From the NCBI GenBank assembly GCA_951406725.2, contig OX597814.1, positions 62,434,001 through 62,498,000 on the forward strand: a stretch of 64,000 nucleotides of DNA, read 5' to 3'. Of this stretch, positions 25,736-40,092 are shown piece after piece; within the stretch, counting starts at the first letter, position 1; every line of letters begins with the position of its first letter. The translations under genes were made by a program, and so were the position numbers. Under the pieces are notes generated by a model that was given only the letters and a program-made list of their open reading frames with translations, had not been told where the DNA came from and made no database searches. This DNA is from Octopus vulgaris. Lineage: Eukaryota.

Positions 25736-26397
25736 GTATATATATATATGCGCGTGTATATATATATATATATATACACACATACACATGTGTGCATATG
25801 TCTACATATATCTCATGTATACACATATGTATATACACATGTATATTTAACCTTACACACATACACACACGCACACACACACACATATATACTCATACAT
25901 AGAAGCACACCTATATAATACTACTCTTAAATGTGGATTTATAAATGTTTATGGGCAATGTTTGTGATAGTATCTCCCATACACAAACACTCATTCTCAC
26001 ATATATTCACATGTACATAAATATGATTTTAAACATTTAATTTTTTCTGGCAAGCTAGTTAAAGCACACGTTGAGACCACATGTTGATGAAATCAGTCGA
26101 ACATGTATGTACATAATACTTACACATATGAGTACATGCGTGTGTGTGTGTGTGTTTGAGTGTGTTTATATATCTAAATATTCTTGGCATCTACATCAAC
26201 GCATGCAGACATTGCAGACATTGTAATTTATCTATCTCATCGCTCTCCCCGAATTTACAATGTACTTGTGAGTTCTAGATTGTATAGCTGCTAATATCAA
26301 AAGCATACGAAAACATACAAAATATATACATACAAACACAAAAACACGCGTACACAAGCACATATAAACTCATATAATCTTTTCGCATATGACTAGA

Positions 26398-26445
<48 letters not shown>

Positions 26446-29368
26446 TACAGACAGACATATGAGTGCTAACATACTATCTTAAAGACAGACGTCTCACTAA
26501 ATAAATCTGTAAATCTATTTATTAAAATGGATTTATTCCCATTCTGAGATTTAGTTTCGTTAGGTAATCGATAGTAAAGACTGCAATCAAATATTTACGT
26601 AAGCTTTATACAGGCAATATCATTTGCCAATAAACAACTCTCCCTCAGTGCCTTCATATTTTATTTCTTCACTCTTTTTCTTTCGCTCTTTCTATTCCCC
26701 TCCTTCGTTTGCTTACTCTCATGTTATATCAATCTAACATACATTTGATATCGCTATTTTCGATTCGCTTCTCTCTGATTTTCTGCCTCTCTTTCATAAC
26801 TTTCCTCAATCCTTATTGATGCTATTATGCTGTCTCCGTTTCTTATACCATAGACACAAACGAACACACAGACACACACACACACACACATGTATCTGTG
26901 TATGTACATGTATATATATATATAAACAATTTTGTGAACTAAACAAACTTTTAAATCACTTTAAGTTTTTCTGACATATTTGACCACCAAAGAAGGCCAT
27001 TTTCACTGCGATTTGCCGCGGAGAAAATTCTCGCTTTTGGCAATAAATGTCAAAACACCACCAGTTATCTTGGGGCGTAATCTGGTAGACAGATAAATGT
27101 ATTTCTAGCTATCTGGTGATCATTAGTCCCGAAAGCTACCCAACACAGACAGCCTTGGGATGACTTTGGAAGCTATAGATTCCTTTACAGAAAATCTGTA
27201 CAAATCATTCACAAACCCGTGCGATCCGCCGCCAGGCTAGAATGGATTATCTATTATGCACGCTAAGCACTGTTGTGAACTCAACAGACTTTTAAATCAG
27301 TTCAAATATATTTCTGACATATTTGACATGTAAAAAGCCATTTTGACTGGGGTTTGTCACAGATAAAATTCTCGCTTTACGCAGATGTTTTGACACATAT
27401 TGTCTAAAGATATATCTTCGGTCTTCGAAATTATAAAAAAAAAAATACATGTTCATTATGAACTTCCGGTAATGGATGCGCAATGATATTCCCGAACCAC
27501 TTTTATACTGTCTCCGGCCGGAGTGAAGTGTTCATGACCGGTCTACAGTTTATGCGTATGCACAAACACAAGTAACCTCTCATTTGAATTTTTACGTAGT
27601 AAACATTGCATGTTCGAATGTCTCTACAACTTCATGTAGTATTTGTGAGTGATATACGGCATTCATAAATTTTCATTGCTTTTTCTTACACATTTATTAT
27701 CGGTAGTAGAATTAACTTATTACAATTTCTGTTTCATTATCTTTGTCCAGTTCATATTCTCCATTTATTCATTATTGATTTTTAATATTAAATGCACGTT
27801 CTGTTAACAACAGCTTTGCAATATTTCATCTTATTGCTGTTTCCTTTGCATTTTACATTTTCAACTATTGAATGTTTTGCCGGCGTTCTATCAAGAATTA
27901 ATACTTCATTACTTTACCAATAGTAAATATACTTTTAGTATTTTTCTTTTCAACATAAGTAATACTAAAGTTATTGTGCGTTTAGATATCTACACATCGG
28001 CTTGCTTTGCTTCACTTTCATTTTTGCTATGTACCAATATTTGGTTATATAACTGCATGTTATATATAAAGAAACAATACACTCCTTTCGTTTGGTTCGC
28101 ATAAAAAGGGAGACAATAATGTGAATGAAATGGGCTTAACTTTTCCCTACGCAAAAACGTAGATGGGATAATGGTATTTACGATGATACTGTGTTTAGCA
28201 ACGAATAATATATATAAAATTATTAGCAGTATTTAGACAGCAATTTTTCATTGCTTTATAATACATGTTCTTTTAACATAATTGCATTTCATCCTATAGC
28301 TCTATTTCCTAGTGTTGACGTTCAAGCTTCCTTCATGTTGCGTGTCTGACTGCGTTCTTCCCACATGCATGCAAGACATATACTTATGCATATACAGTAA
28401 ATATGATACAATGATGTCATATTAAAAGATAAAGTAAAAACTAGTATACATGTGTGTGTATGTGTGTATGTATGTGTGAGTGTGTGTGCATGCATGTACT
28501 CGTGTGTGTGTCTGTTGCTATGCATATATAATATGTCTACCTACACCAAGTTCTTTCTTTTTAAGGCGTTATTTGTTTTGAATTCTTTCCCTTTCTGGTA
28601 CATCATTCTTAAAGCTGTTCAAGAAAAACATCAACTATGTCGGCCTCACCTTTTTCTTAAGAACAACCATTTTTATCCAACCTCAAGCCATTAGAAAAAA
28701 ATAACAACAGCAACACAACAAACAAGCAAAATAATCCTTCGTATGATAATGGCTATAAATCGTTCATTGAATTTTGTGACTTCAAATAGCTTACGAGAAG
28801 GAGGGGAGGAAGGGGAAGAGGAGATGTAGTAGTAATAACAGTAGTAGTAATAGTAGTAGTAATAGTTGTAGTAGTAGTAGTAGAAGAAAAAGAAGAGCAA
28901 CAAGAAAAGAAAAGAAAAGAAGGAGAGGAAGAAGAAAAGAAAAGAAGAAATTCCGGGTTTTAGACATTTGGTCATTTCGAGGCAAAGTAGAAGACATTTG
29001 CAAAGATGGCGTGCTGTGGGGTGGAATCTGCAACTCATAGGTGAGCACCTTGGGTATATAGCTATGGTGCTTGAATATATAAATAGGCAAATCGAAAATC
29101 AAAAATAACAAATAACAAAACAACAAGCTAATACATTGCATGAGTTAAAAGGACGTACTCATGGAATGTGTTAGCTTGATGCTTAGTAAAGGTGGAAAAA
29201 AGAGTTGGTGTATAACGTTTCGAGTATGGCTTTTCGTCAGAAAAAGGAGAAAGGAAAGGTCCAGAGAAGGAAAAAACGTCCAAGAAAAGCATGTGTGTGG
29301 TTACACACACTCACACACACACACTCACATACACACACACTCACACACACACACACTCACACACAAAT

Positions 29369-29507
29369 ACGATGGGCTTCTTTCAGTTTCCATCTAACAA
29401 AATCCACTAGCAAGGTTTTAGTCGGCTGAGGCTACAGTAGAAGATACTTACTCACAGTGCCACACAGTGGGACTGAACCCAGAATCATGTGATTGGGAAG
29501 CAAACTT
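29369..29507 (-). mobile_element. SINE family B head
   Basis: Reverse complement of the 17973 head (cagtgggactgaacccagaa..tgattgggaagcaaac). Confidence 0.75.
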
Positions 29508-29568
<61 letters not shown>

Positions 29569-32525
29569 TTCAATCGGCCAGACTATCAGATGTTACATAC
29601 AACGCCGGTTATAATGCACTACCTCACATTGCTACGGCTTTCGAACAATGCCACCTTGCTGGCAAGGTGAGCAGGCCAACATTCTCCCTGAATGGACCAC
29701 CAGTTCGTTGCTGGGCTACTCATTTACACACCGCCTGCCTGGGAGTCGAAACCACGATCTTGTGATCATGAGTTCAACTCTTGCTCACTACATTTATATG
29801 CTCGCGCGCGCGTGTACATGTGTAATGTATGTATGTATGTATGTATGTATGTATGTATGTATGTATGTATGTATCTCCATCCTGGCTGTAACATTCGACT
29901 ATATCTGCTGGTTAGGAATTTCTGGAGTTGTGGGGAGCATGAGGTATCCCTTAATCACTATTATTTCCAGGCTCGTTACTACCCGGAACGGTAGTACCTG
30001 CCAGAGCACCATCTATGGGTTAAATAGATTTTCTAGGGATAGAGGGTGCTCCTGTTACTTTTGACAAAGCCGTGAGGAAAGCAGTTCTAGGAGAAAGATA
30101 CTCTGACATAAAACTTGCTGTCAAAATTGTACAAGTCATCTTGCACTGCTTGTCACTGGGACTTACTATGGCGACCGAGAGAGTGGCAAAAGTGGTGTAT
30201 AAACTGTTGACATTTAAAAGTCAAAGACGTATAGATGTCTCACTAGCTGTGAGACAGCTATCATATGATGATATCATAAGATGAGGCAATCATCATGTAT
30301 GTGTGTATGTCCATAACATGTGAGAACACGTCATCTAGCAAAAAAGAGGAAAATAATGCACCGAGTGAGAAAGAGAGAGAGAGAAAGGGAGAGAGAGAGA
30401 CGGAGAGAGAGAGGAAGAGAAAGAGAGGGGGAAAAGACAGATGGAGAGGAAGAGAAAGTAGGAGAGAGAGAAAGAGAGACAATGAGATAGAGAGTTAATA
30501 AAAGAGAAGCGAGGCAGCTAACGAAAGAGAAAGAGAGAAAGAGAAAATATAATATGAAGAACAGCATTGTATGACTAATCGAAGTCTTCATGACTGATAG
30601 AGGAGGTCAGCATGAGTGTTGTATTGTCAATTAAGTACAGTTCATTCATTTGATCGCTGTTTCCAAAAAAGTTTTCCCGTGAATTTTTTTTTGTTTTAGA
30701 AATTTCGGATTGATCTAAAAAGTATTTTCCATTTTTAGTTATTACATATATATATAAAAAAAAACCCGTCTAAATTCGTTTAACGCCATAAATGATAACA
30801 CGTTTTATTCACTGCCTGTAAATATTCACGTCTTTCTATTTGTATGGCATCGTTTAATAGATCTCGCTTCTTTTGTTCCATTAACTACTTATGTAGCTGG
30901 CTGGCATAACAGATTTTCATTTCAGTGTTCAGAACTGCACTGAATCGACATATCCAGGAATCCAATTTTCCGGTCATGTCACTATTTTTCACTTTCTTTC
31001 ACTAGTTATCGTCTTGTTCTGGAATGATTATGCGATCAATAAACATTTAAATCTGCAGTACATTTTCGCATTATCAGTCGGTGGGACCTACTCAACGGAC
31101 TTTCATTCAGATGTAATGCTCAGTAAGAAATATTAGCATATCTTTCAAATGAGCAATTTAGGTACCTGTCTGTATCTTCCTTATCTATCATAGTATTTTT
31201 CTTCTTAACGATCATACACTATGTAACATTATAAAAGAAATTACATCGCTTCATACCATTTCAGAAGCGGCCACATTAAAAACAACGTAATTTTTGTAAA
31301 GTTATTTCTTATATATATATGAACGCTTGGAGTGGTTAGGTTGTTTGAAACAGAAATACATGGCATACAGATCTATCTTAAAAGCGTTTGTGATGTAAAT
31401 GAAATAAAATAAAATAACGCAAATCTCGAACCTTAAAACTATGAAATGACATACGCTATCATTAGTTGTCATTAAAAATAATGAGCTCACTATGATTATT
31501 TATCCATGAGTAAATTTAGAAACAAACAAATTATTCTGTCTACTTATCTGGATTTCTAGTTATCGGGAAAGCAATTTTGAGATTGTTTTCAAGACGTTGA
31601 CATAAGAAAAGTGTAATCACAGATGTAAGATTATAGATGTATAATGGAAGCTATGTAATTAAGAATGCTTAGGAATGTCTCGTGAAATATATGTGCAATT
31701 AAGAATACGTAATTAGGATAGAAACATTAAATCAGGAATCTATAATTAGTAATATGTAATTACATAAGAACAAGATTACTAAAGATCGTTAGACAAAGCT
31801 AATAATATTCTATGAACTGTGGGCAATATATCGCTCATGGACGTGTTTAATAGGAAAAGCAGATAGACCCTCCGTCGGTTTCGACGATGAGTATTCGAGT
31901 TATTCGATCAACAGAGCTACAAACACATTGAATTACAGTAGGCTGAGTATTCCACAGATACTTCTCATCGTAGTCGTGGTCGTACGGTTTTGAAGCACGT
32001 TGAGGACATTGCGACCAAAGTCTTCTCGATTAAGATATACCGGAATTCATTCCGAATTTCTCATAGTGTTTTCTTGGCAAGGATAATTGAGTGGTTTGCC
32101 ATTACTTTCTCCAACTGAATGGCCGTTGGCTCACAAAGGGCTCATCTTTCCTTCGACAGGGCATGGTTTTCGTTCTGCTGAGTGTCCAGATACCTTCCTC
32201 ACACGAGTAGCAAGCTATTCAAGTCGGGGAACCGGTTTGTTGTCGACCACTCAACCATGGAGCAGGTAGTACTGTTTTACATGATACAAATTGCAGCTCT
32301 CATCAGTCTGTGATGAGATCACAGACCAAATACTTGTACTTTTAATATAATCTTCAATAAGAATCCGAATCAGTGTGTAGTATGACTGGCCCTCTGAATT
32401 CCATCTGATGATCATGTATGTAGTTCTAGTCGAACCAATTGTATTCACAATCCTTAAGAACTTCATGACTGAGAAGCGAGCGTCTCAATCATTCTGCCAT
32501 ACAGGTGACCTAAATATGTTTTACC

Positions 32526-32581
<56 letters not shown>

Positions 32582-32847
32582 TGCGCGCACAGACGTATGT
32601 ATGCATGTTTCTGAATGGGATTTTTTCTTTTACTGAATTCAAGCTGGCCACAAAATGATAAGACTATTTTGTTTAATGAAAGACAGCTCTTGTGACGAAA
32701 TTGTAAGGTGTTATTCAGGTACTCAGCTATGAGTTCACATCTTAAAGTGGAAACAGCTGTAAGCTAATGAAGCCCATGAGATCATCATTTATTCATTTGC
32801 CATCCCTTATATATATATATACGCACACACACACACACACACACATA

Positions 32848-33081
32848 CAGAGTGGCCCCAAAATATATTTACAGTTATTCAACTATCACTTTCGCATTCA
32901 CATATTAACAGTTTAGATCTTAATTATGAAAAAAAGAACAGAAACCGTTATTCTATGCTAATTTAATTTTGTCAAGTTCCCTTTTCAGTTTGTAAGATAG
33001 AAATTTAGATATGATAAAATGTTTTAAAAGAAATTTAAAGTGCCCACGTGATAACTGTAAACCTACTTTTGGGCCACCCTG
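32848..33081. mobile_element. Tc1/mariner-type MITE
   Basis: TIRs cagagtggccccaaaatatatttacagttat / ataactgtaaacctacttttgggccaccctg, with TA flanks. Confidence 0.85.
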
Positions 33082-33143
33082 TATACATATATATACATAT
33101 ATATATATATATATATCTATATATATATATATATATATATATA

Positions 33144-33657
33144 TCAGTATCTATAAATCTGAAATGCGAAAAGTTTGTTTGTCTGGTTTTGGCATTGGAA
33201 CGGGTTAAAGGGCACTAGATCCCGTCAGATTGACTCCAAAATTTACAGGGACATGTAAAATGAGGTGAGGATGCGAGTGGGCTAGATTAGAAATCCCCAT
33301 CTTAAAAGGTGTCGTTACTAGGGCAAAAAACGCACTCTTTGACAAGTCTCCTCTCATTCTCTTATCTGCATGTCTCTCTCTGTTTCCTCCCTTCCCATCA
33401 CATTCTCTCTATAAGGACGTTTCATAGATACTACTATCTTTCCCCCGCTGCCTTTGCCAGCGCTGTTCCTCTTTCCCCCACCGCCCTCTGTCTGTGTATG
33501 TCTGTCTGCATTCATAGAGTTTTATTATCGCCACCACCACAACCACCACCACACAATCATGAGAACAAATATTATGAATCAGATATTTATAGGGTTAATT
33601 TCTGTGTGTTCTATATATAATGTATATATATATATACAAAGTGTATATATATGTATT

Positions 33658-33718
<61 letters not shown>

Positions 33719-34702
33719 ATACATTTGTATACATAATGTGTACACACACACACACACACAGATATATATATATAATGCGTATATATATATATATATATAT
33801 ATATATAATGTGTGCATTATGTGGTCGGTTGAGCTGAAAATATGCACACCCATGTTAAAAGTGGTGGCGAGTTTGCATGGCAACTAATTTTTTCCTCAAA
33901 TGAAAGGCGTGACCCCAAGGACAAAATTCCTCATCTTATAAATTGTGGCCCGATTAGACCTGAATGAAATCGGGTTATATTAACCAAAATGTGAAAAGGG
34001 GTCTAAATGGGGCTGGAAGGGGATTAAAATTTACAGGAGCGGGTGTTTAGGAATTCTCTGTTACATCAAGCTAAAAAATTTGCGCCAGCCTTTAAATCTT
34101 CAATGTGTTGCCATCCATGATGAAGAAGTTTTGAATGCTTGCATTGGTGAGTCTACTGTCGTGAGAATCACTTCAAAACTTGGTGTTTAGGAATTTTCTT
34201 TTACATCAAGTTGAAAATTTTACGCCAGCCGTTAAACTGCCACTACGTTGCTGTCCGTCGTTAAGAAATGCCAGCCATGGCGACTCTACTATCCTCAGAT
34301 TCTATTCCTTCAAACTTTGGTTTCCAATATTTAAAAATTTTTTATTCAGCTCGCAAGTTCGTCTGTCCCTTTTAAATGTTAGTGTTTTGCTGTCTGCCTT
34401 GAAGCAGACCTTTCCGTTGTCACTGCCTGATATTTATGATTGATCTTTCAAAATATTTTATTTCTCAACTTACTCAAGATCTTTTGTTGTTTATAAATGG
34501 GAGAGAAATAGATAGAGAAAGATAGAGAGTAAGAGAAAGCGAAGGAGAATCCGAGAGAAAGGAAGAGTAAGAGAGTAGGAAAGTGAGAGAGAAAGGTGAG
34601 AGAAACAAAGAGGGATAATGTGGTGATAAAAAACAGAAAGGAAGCAACAGAAAGTAACAACCACACTCTTACCCGCACGTAGAGCGGGTCACCTTAAGCT
34701 AG
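33144..34702 (+). mobile_element. Non-autonomous Helitron
   Basis: 5' A|TC start (33144, or alternatively 33150), 3' hairpin ACCCGC-acgtaga-GCGGGT (34671-34689), then CTAG|T at 34699-34703. No TSD and no ORF. Confidence 0.75.
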
Positions 34703-34703
34703 T

Positions 34704-34757
<54 letters not shown>

Positions 34758-34761
34758 TAAT

Positions 34762-35008
34762 TGCGCCCTTTTAAAGCCTAGACAGGCTCATGGGCCCGGT
34801 TTCCCGGTTTCTATGGCGTATGTGTTCCCCAGCTGGACGGGACGCCAGTCCATCGCAGCGTTACTCATTTTTGCCAGCTGAGTGGACTGGAGAACGTGAA
34901 ATGAAGTGTTTTGCTCAAGAACACAACGCATCGCCCCGTCCAGGAATCGAAACCACAATCTTACGATCAAGATGCTGATACCCTAACCACTAAGCCACGC
35001 GTCTCCAC
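34762..35008 (-). mobile_element. tRNA-derived SINE with CORE-like and Meta/V-like domains
   Basis: The reverse strand reads gtggcttagtggttag (A box), gtttcgattcc (B box), ttgtgttcttgagcaaaacactt, then ctgcgatggactggcgtcccgtccag..agaaaccgg. Confidence 0.8.
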
Positions 35009-35564
35009 AATATAAACTTAGTAGATCCAAATATTCTTTTGGTTTATCCAGTATAAATCTGAAAAGCCTTATTAAAAAGCATCAGGTTTACGTCTATTAG
35101 GTATGCTTTGGTAGTTTAATTACTATTTTCCCAAAACTATTTTGGTAGTTTATTAATATTTTTATACGTTCACTATTCTCCAATTTATAAGTCGGATCTA
35201 TAAGCCCAATATATCTCTCTTACACACCAGATGTTTGGATAATACAGAACTGTTGCAATATTTTGAATATTTTTTGTAAAAAATTGTAATCTAGAAATAT
35301 TACAATTGCCATAATTGTTCTATTTCATCAAAGTTATTGGTATGGATACTATTGTAGTGGTCACTTATCAATAATTGCCAGAACAACGATAACAACGAAG
35401 CAGACGATATCGATGAAGTAGATGAAAGAGATAAGGCAAAATACGCAAACAATAACCGCTTTCTCTCACACATTCATACACTGGTAATGCGAGGTGTAAT
35501 GTTCAGATATACTTCATTTATTTATCTCAAATATTTACACTATTTAATTTATCTATGTATAACC

Positions 35565-35893
35565 TGAGACACCCTTCGGTCACGACACTGATCATGGGAT
35601 TGCACCTAGAAAGTTACCCTCCCAGGCACAAGTCCGGGCAACGTTGTTTATGTAAGACCAGCAGTCGTCCATGCATACCGGCCTCCCATCTCCATGCCAC
35701 CAGTGTTATCCAAGGGAAAGGGGCTGATACAGCTTGGCACCTGTGACGTCGCAACTCATTTCTACAGCTGAGTGAACTGGAGCAACGTGAAATAAAGTGT
35801 CTTGCTGAACAACACAACAGCCCGGTCCGGGATTCGAGCTCACAACCTCACGATCGTAAGCTTGACGCTCTAACCACTGAGACATGCGCCTTC
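35565..35893 (-). mobile_element. tRNA-derived SINE, same head as 34762-35008 but a different tail
   Basis: cagctgagtgaactggagcaacgtgaaataaagtgtcttgct..ctaaccactgag is shared with the 34762 copy. Confidence 0.75.
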
Positions 35894-36779
35894 GCAGTTT
35901 ACAAATAATTAATAATTTTATGAATATTTGATGGACATTTTGGTGGAAAATAACCTTGCTAACGCTAATTGTAGAGTATCATGTGGAGAAAGTATCTATC
36001 TTATACCTGTGTGCATGCTTGCACACCCATATATATACATGAATTCATATATGCATGCATGCATACATACATACATACATACATACATACATACATACAT
36101 ACATACACAAAAAGGAGAAGAAACACGCATCATTACAGCAAAAAACAACGAATAGGTACATATTTCGCAAGCTAGAGGATAACAGCAGCATTGACAGGAC
36201 GAGTGGCTGCAAAATGTTACGCGTACCTATTTACTCTTGAGATGTGATACAATGTCAAAAACTATTTATAATGCTATCCGCAGGAAGGATTGCCATAACG
36301 TATACATCAAAGGCATGTCAGAACTAGAATGTATTTATAGCTTTAAAACAAAGAATAGAGATTGATAGATTGACAGATAGACCGAAATATAATTGCGTTC
36401 ATTCGTTCAAAGAAATCCACAATTAATAGAATTCGATGGCAAAAACTGAGTTACTTTATATTAAGTGTTTTTTAAAAATAAATGTCTACTGTCCCCTCTT
36501 TAGAGACAACTAATAGTGAGTAGCTTATTGGGACCATTCTATATTATTTTTATTAGTAAGACTGGAATAACATTTTCTTACTTCTAATAATGGTAGCGGA
36601 ATTATTTAATTAGTTGTTTTCGTTCACTATGATGTGATGAAAATCGAAACATGATGGCATTTTTGCAAGGAAATTCTGAATAGAAGTAGAACTTTTAATG
36701 TATGGCAGATGCACTTTGCTAGGAATGGTCAAGTGGAGAGGCATCATTGATCCCCATTTAAATTCTAATACTCACTTGA

Positions 36780-37192
36780 CGGCTCTTTGCATCACATCCC
36801 GATATCCCACTTAATCTTGTGGGATAAACCAAGTACGGGAACGGTGTTAACCATGTACCAGTGGGCGAAAGACTCAGTAAGGCTTCCCAAGGTCAACAGT
36901 TCGAGGCCAAGGCGTATTTCAGGCAGAGGCATGGTATTTGGGGCCAACAACTTGGAAAAGAATAGGCACCGTCAATCTAACTTACTCATAATACATTAAT
37001 GTTGATAGCAACCAGACCAAAATCTATATTAGATCAGTCGTCGCCTGAATTAACTGGCGAATTAAAGAGTGGACAGGCTTCAGTGTTGCCGACCCTCAGA
37101 GGGCAGCAGAAGACCAGGAGAAGTGGAAAAATCTGGTTAGGACGTCATCAACAAATGTCACCATGACCACATGATCAAGAGATAGGAAAGGG

Positions 37193-37195
<3 letters not shown>
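36780..37195 (+). mobile_element. 3' fragment of an RTE-type LINE
   Basis: Encodes RIKEWTGFSVADPQRAAEDQEKWKNLV, a typical RTE C-terminus. Confidence 0.65.
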
Positions 37196-37259
<64 letters not shown>

Positions 37260-37265
37260 CATAAT

Positions 37266-37737
37266 AATAAATATAAGAGAGTGGTCACTATATGGCTCAC
37301 TCTAGCACCAGTTAATCCAAAAGGTTTCAACCACAAAAATACATGTTTCCCATGAAAGTCAGTACGATTGTTAGCTCACACGGACAGGGCAAATAAAAAA
37401 TAACAAAAATACAGATTATTTTGGGACAATTGTTTCGCTATTGTCCCAAAATAATCTGTATTTTTGTTATTTTTTATTTGCCCTGTCCGTGTGAGCTAAC
37501 AATCGTACTGACTTTCATGGGAAACATGTATTTTTGTGGTTGAAACCTTTTGGATTAACTGGTGCTAGAGTGAGCCATATAGTGACCACTCTCTTATATT
37601 TATTTTGTAAAAATATTATAATATATTATAAAATATTATAATAATCCAGGTTTCTCGGAGCACTAGGCCACTTGGTGTTGAATAGATATACTATTAAATT
37701 AGTATCTAATTCTCTCACCCTTATTAATTAATTATAT
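37266..37737. mobile_element. Perfect 165-bp-arm fold-back insert next to (TA)n
   Basis: Arms 37266-37430 and 37440-37604 with a 9-nt loop; the right side extends to ~37737. Confidence 0.88.
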
Positions 37738-37999
37738 ACATACATATATATTATTCATCCCTGGCACTCTTAGTCACATTTAGTGACGACTGAATTCCCC
37801 CCACCCCACATGTATATAGATATGTTTATCCATCCATCATCCATCCATACACACATACACACACATATATGAGGGTTTTGTCTCTGGCTTGCAAAATTCT
37901 TTATGTGAATTCGTGTGCTGACACACATTTTGTTGTGTCTGAGGTAGTGCGTGTGTTAATAATATTGGCATAATGACTCACTCTAGGCACAGCAAAATA

Positions 38000-38615
38000 T
38001 GTGAGGGTTCTACTGAAAGTAATGGAAAAGTGGACAAAACGTCTTTATTAACTGACACAGGTCATTCAAATTGCAATGATCGGCAAAGAAGGTCATTGAG
38101 AAAGGCATCTTTCTCTTAGATTTTCTGGAATGTGGCTGCACTGTGAACAACCAGAGCCACAAAAAATGTTTAGAGGAAGAAGCCTAACAAAAATCTGAAA
38201 AACACGTCCGCATTCACAACGAGAAAGAGCAACCGCATCCATCATTGACAACGAATCATGCAGTTTGCAAATTGGGTTGGTCAGTGGCCTTCCATCAACG
38301 ATAGAGCTCAGATTTAGCGATTCCCCAACTTCCATCTGAAGGACAGTCTTTGGCAACAACGATTTGAAGACACAGACGAGGTGAAAGTGACTGTAATTAA
38401 GTGGATATAACAATGCAACCTTGAATTTCTAATAAAGAGGTTTCGGGAGTTTGGTTTAACGATAGTGCAAACGCATTGCTTTCGTATAGAGACTAAGTTA
38501 GATTATATCTCTGTATAGAGAAAAAGTTACTCTACAAGCCTGTGTAATTTCAATGACCGAGTGTCGTTTAATAAAAAAGTTGTCTGGTCTTGCATTACTT
38601 TCGGTCCAACTTTAC
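38000..38615 (+). mobile_element. Internally deleted mariner remnant
   Basis: Ends gagggttctactgaaagtaatg / cattactttcggtccaacttta. The interior encodes a degenerate mariner C-terminus (SSDLA..LKDSL..QRFEDTDEVKVTV). Confidence 0.6.
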
Positions 38616-38644
38616 ACACACACACACGCGCACACACACACACA

Positions 38645-38686
<42 letters not shown>

Positions 38687-39656
38687 GTGCGCACGCACAC
38701 ACACACACAACGTACACACATGGGTGAATAAGATAAAGCTATTACAATAAAATTACCATATCAATTGTACTGCTACCGTGAAAGAATAATTCTATGTCTG
38801 AAATGTATGGCAAGGATAATCATATATCATAAATTTGAATCTGTTTAAATGTTGCGCCTTAATGATTCAAGATCCGAAAAATGAGCTTGTTTGTCTCACA
38901 TACAAGTGGGAAAAACACGGTTATTATGTATAAAAAATTTTTTTCTAAATCATTTACATTCGATAAAATATATATCGATAATTTTATTAGTAATTTTATA
39001 TGTTCATGCTAACTGCGGTCATCGTTATGTTACCTTGTACACACACACACACACACACATTCACCCCACCTCATTTATATGATTTCTTTCATTTAATTAT
39101 ATCAGTAGCGTCATGTCATTCTCGGATTTTATTTCAAAATTGCAGCATAAATATACCAGTCGTTTTACAAGATTTATCAGTTTAGCGTTGAACGTGGTGA
39201 ATAATTCTATTTTTTTTTTATTGACTTCATTTCTTCTAGACTGATATACTGGTTTCGACAATAATCTTCTCAAGTATCGCTTACTCTTAATCTGGCTGCC
39301 AATTTCTCTGACCGATTTCAAGTTAGAAAGCTTGTTCTATTATGGAAGATAATATTAACCTGATGAGGTCATATTATGAATATCTTTCTGTCTTTTTTTT
39401 CCACATTTTTTGTGTAAAGAGTAGGCATGATTTACTGCTTTATTCAAGCAAGCATATAATCGTGTTACATAAGTGAATAGAAATAGCTTCAAATGAGGAT
39501 ATAAATCTTGATTCCTCGGGATATTAAAGATTTCTTCGGACTATACGGAAAGTTTACTTTCTTTCATAATAGCCACCGTGGTTCGAATGTTTTCTCTTTA
39601 GATGGGAACTAAAATAACTAGGCTAATGGATACATCATTATTAATATATAACAGAA

Positions 39657-40092
39657 TGCAGCGAACTGGCAGAATCGTTAGCACGCCGGGCAGAATGCTT
39701 AAATGCATTTCTTCCATCTTCACGTTCTCAGTTCAAATACCAGCAAGTTCGATTTGATCTTTCATATTTTCGGGGTTCATAAAATAAGGACCTTTTGAGT
39801 TCTGGGGTCGATGTAATCGACTAGCCCCCTCCCACAAAATTGTTGTCTTTGAACGAAAATTTGATAAAATTATGAGTATTTAATTGAGAGCAGTGAGCTG
39901 GCAGGATCGTTAGCACGCCGGACAAAATGAATAGCCGCATTTCTTCCGGTTTTACGTTCTGAGTTCAAATGCTGCCGAGCTCGATTTTACCTTTCATATC
40001 TTCGGTGTCGATAAAATAAAAGATCATTTGAGTTCTGGGGTCGATGAAATCGACTAGACCCCTCCTCTAAAACCTGTTCGCCTTGCGCTAAA
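39657..40092 (+). mobile_element. Two head-to-tail SINE family A copies
   Basis: Heads ctggcagaatcgttagcacgccgg at ~39666 and ~39898, each followed by ggggtcgatg.aatcgactag. Confidence 0.85.

Noticed and set aside
34762-35008. tRNA gene calls for A/B-box sequences
   Set aside because: They are SINE heads continuing into SINE bodies, with no full cloverleaf.
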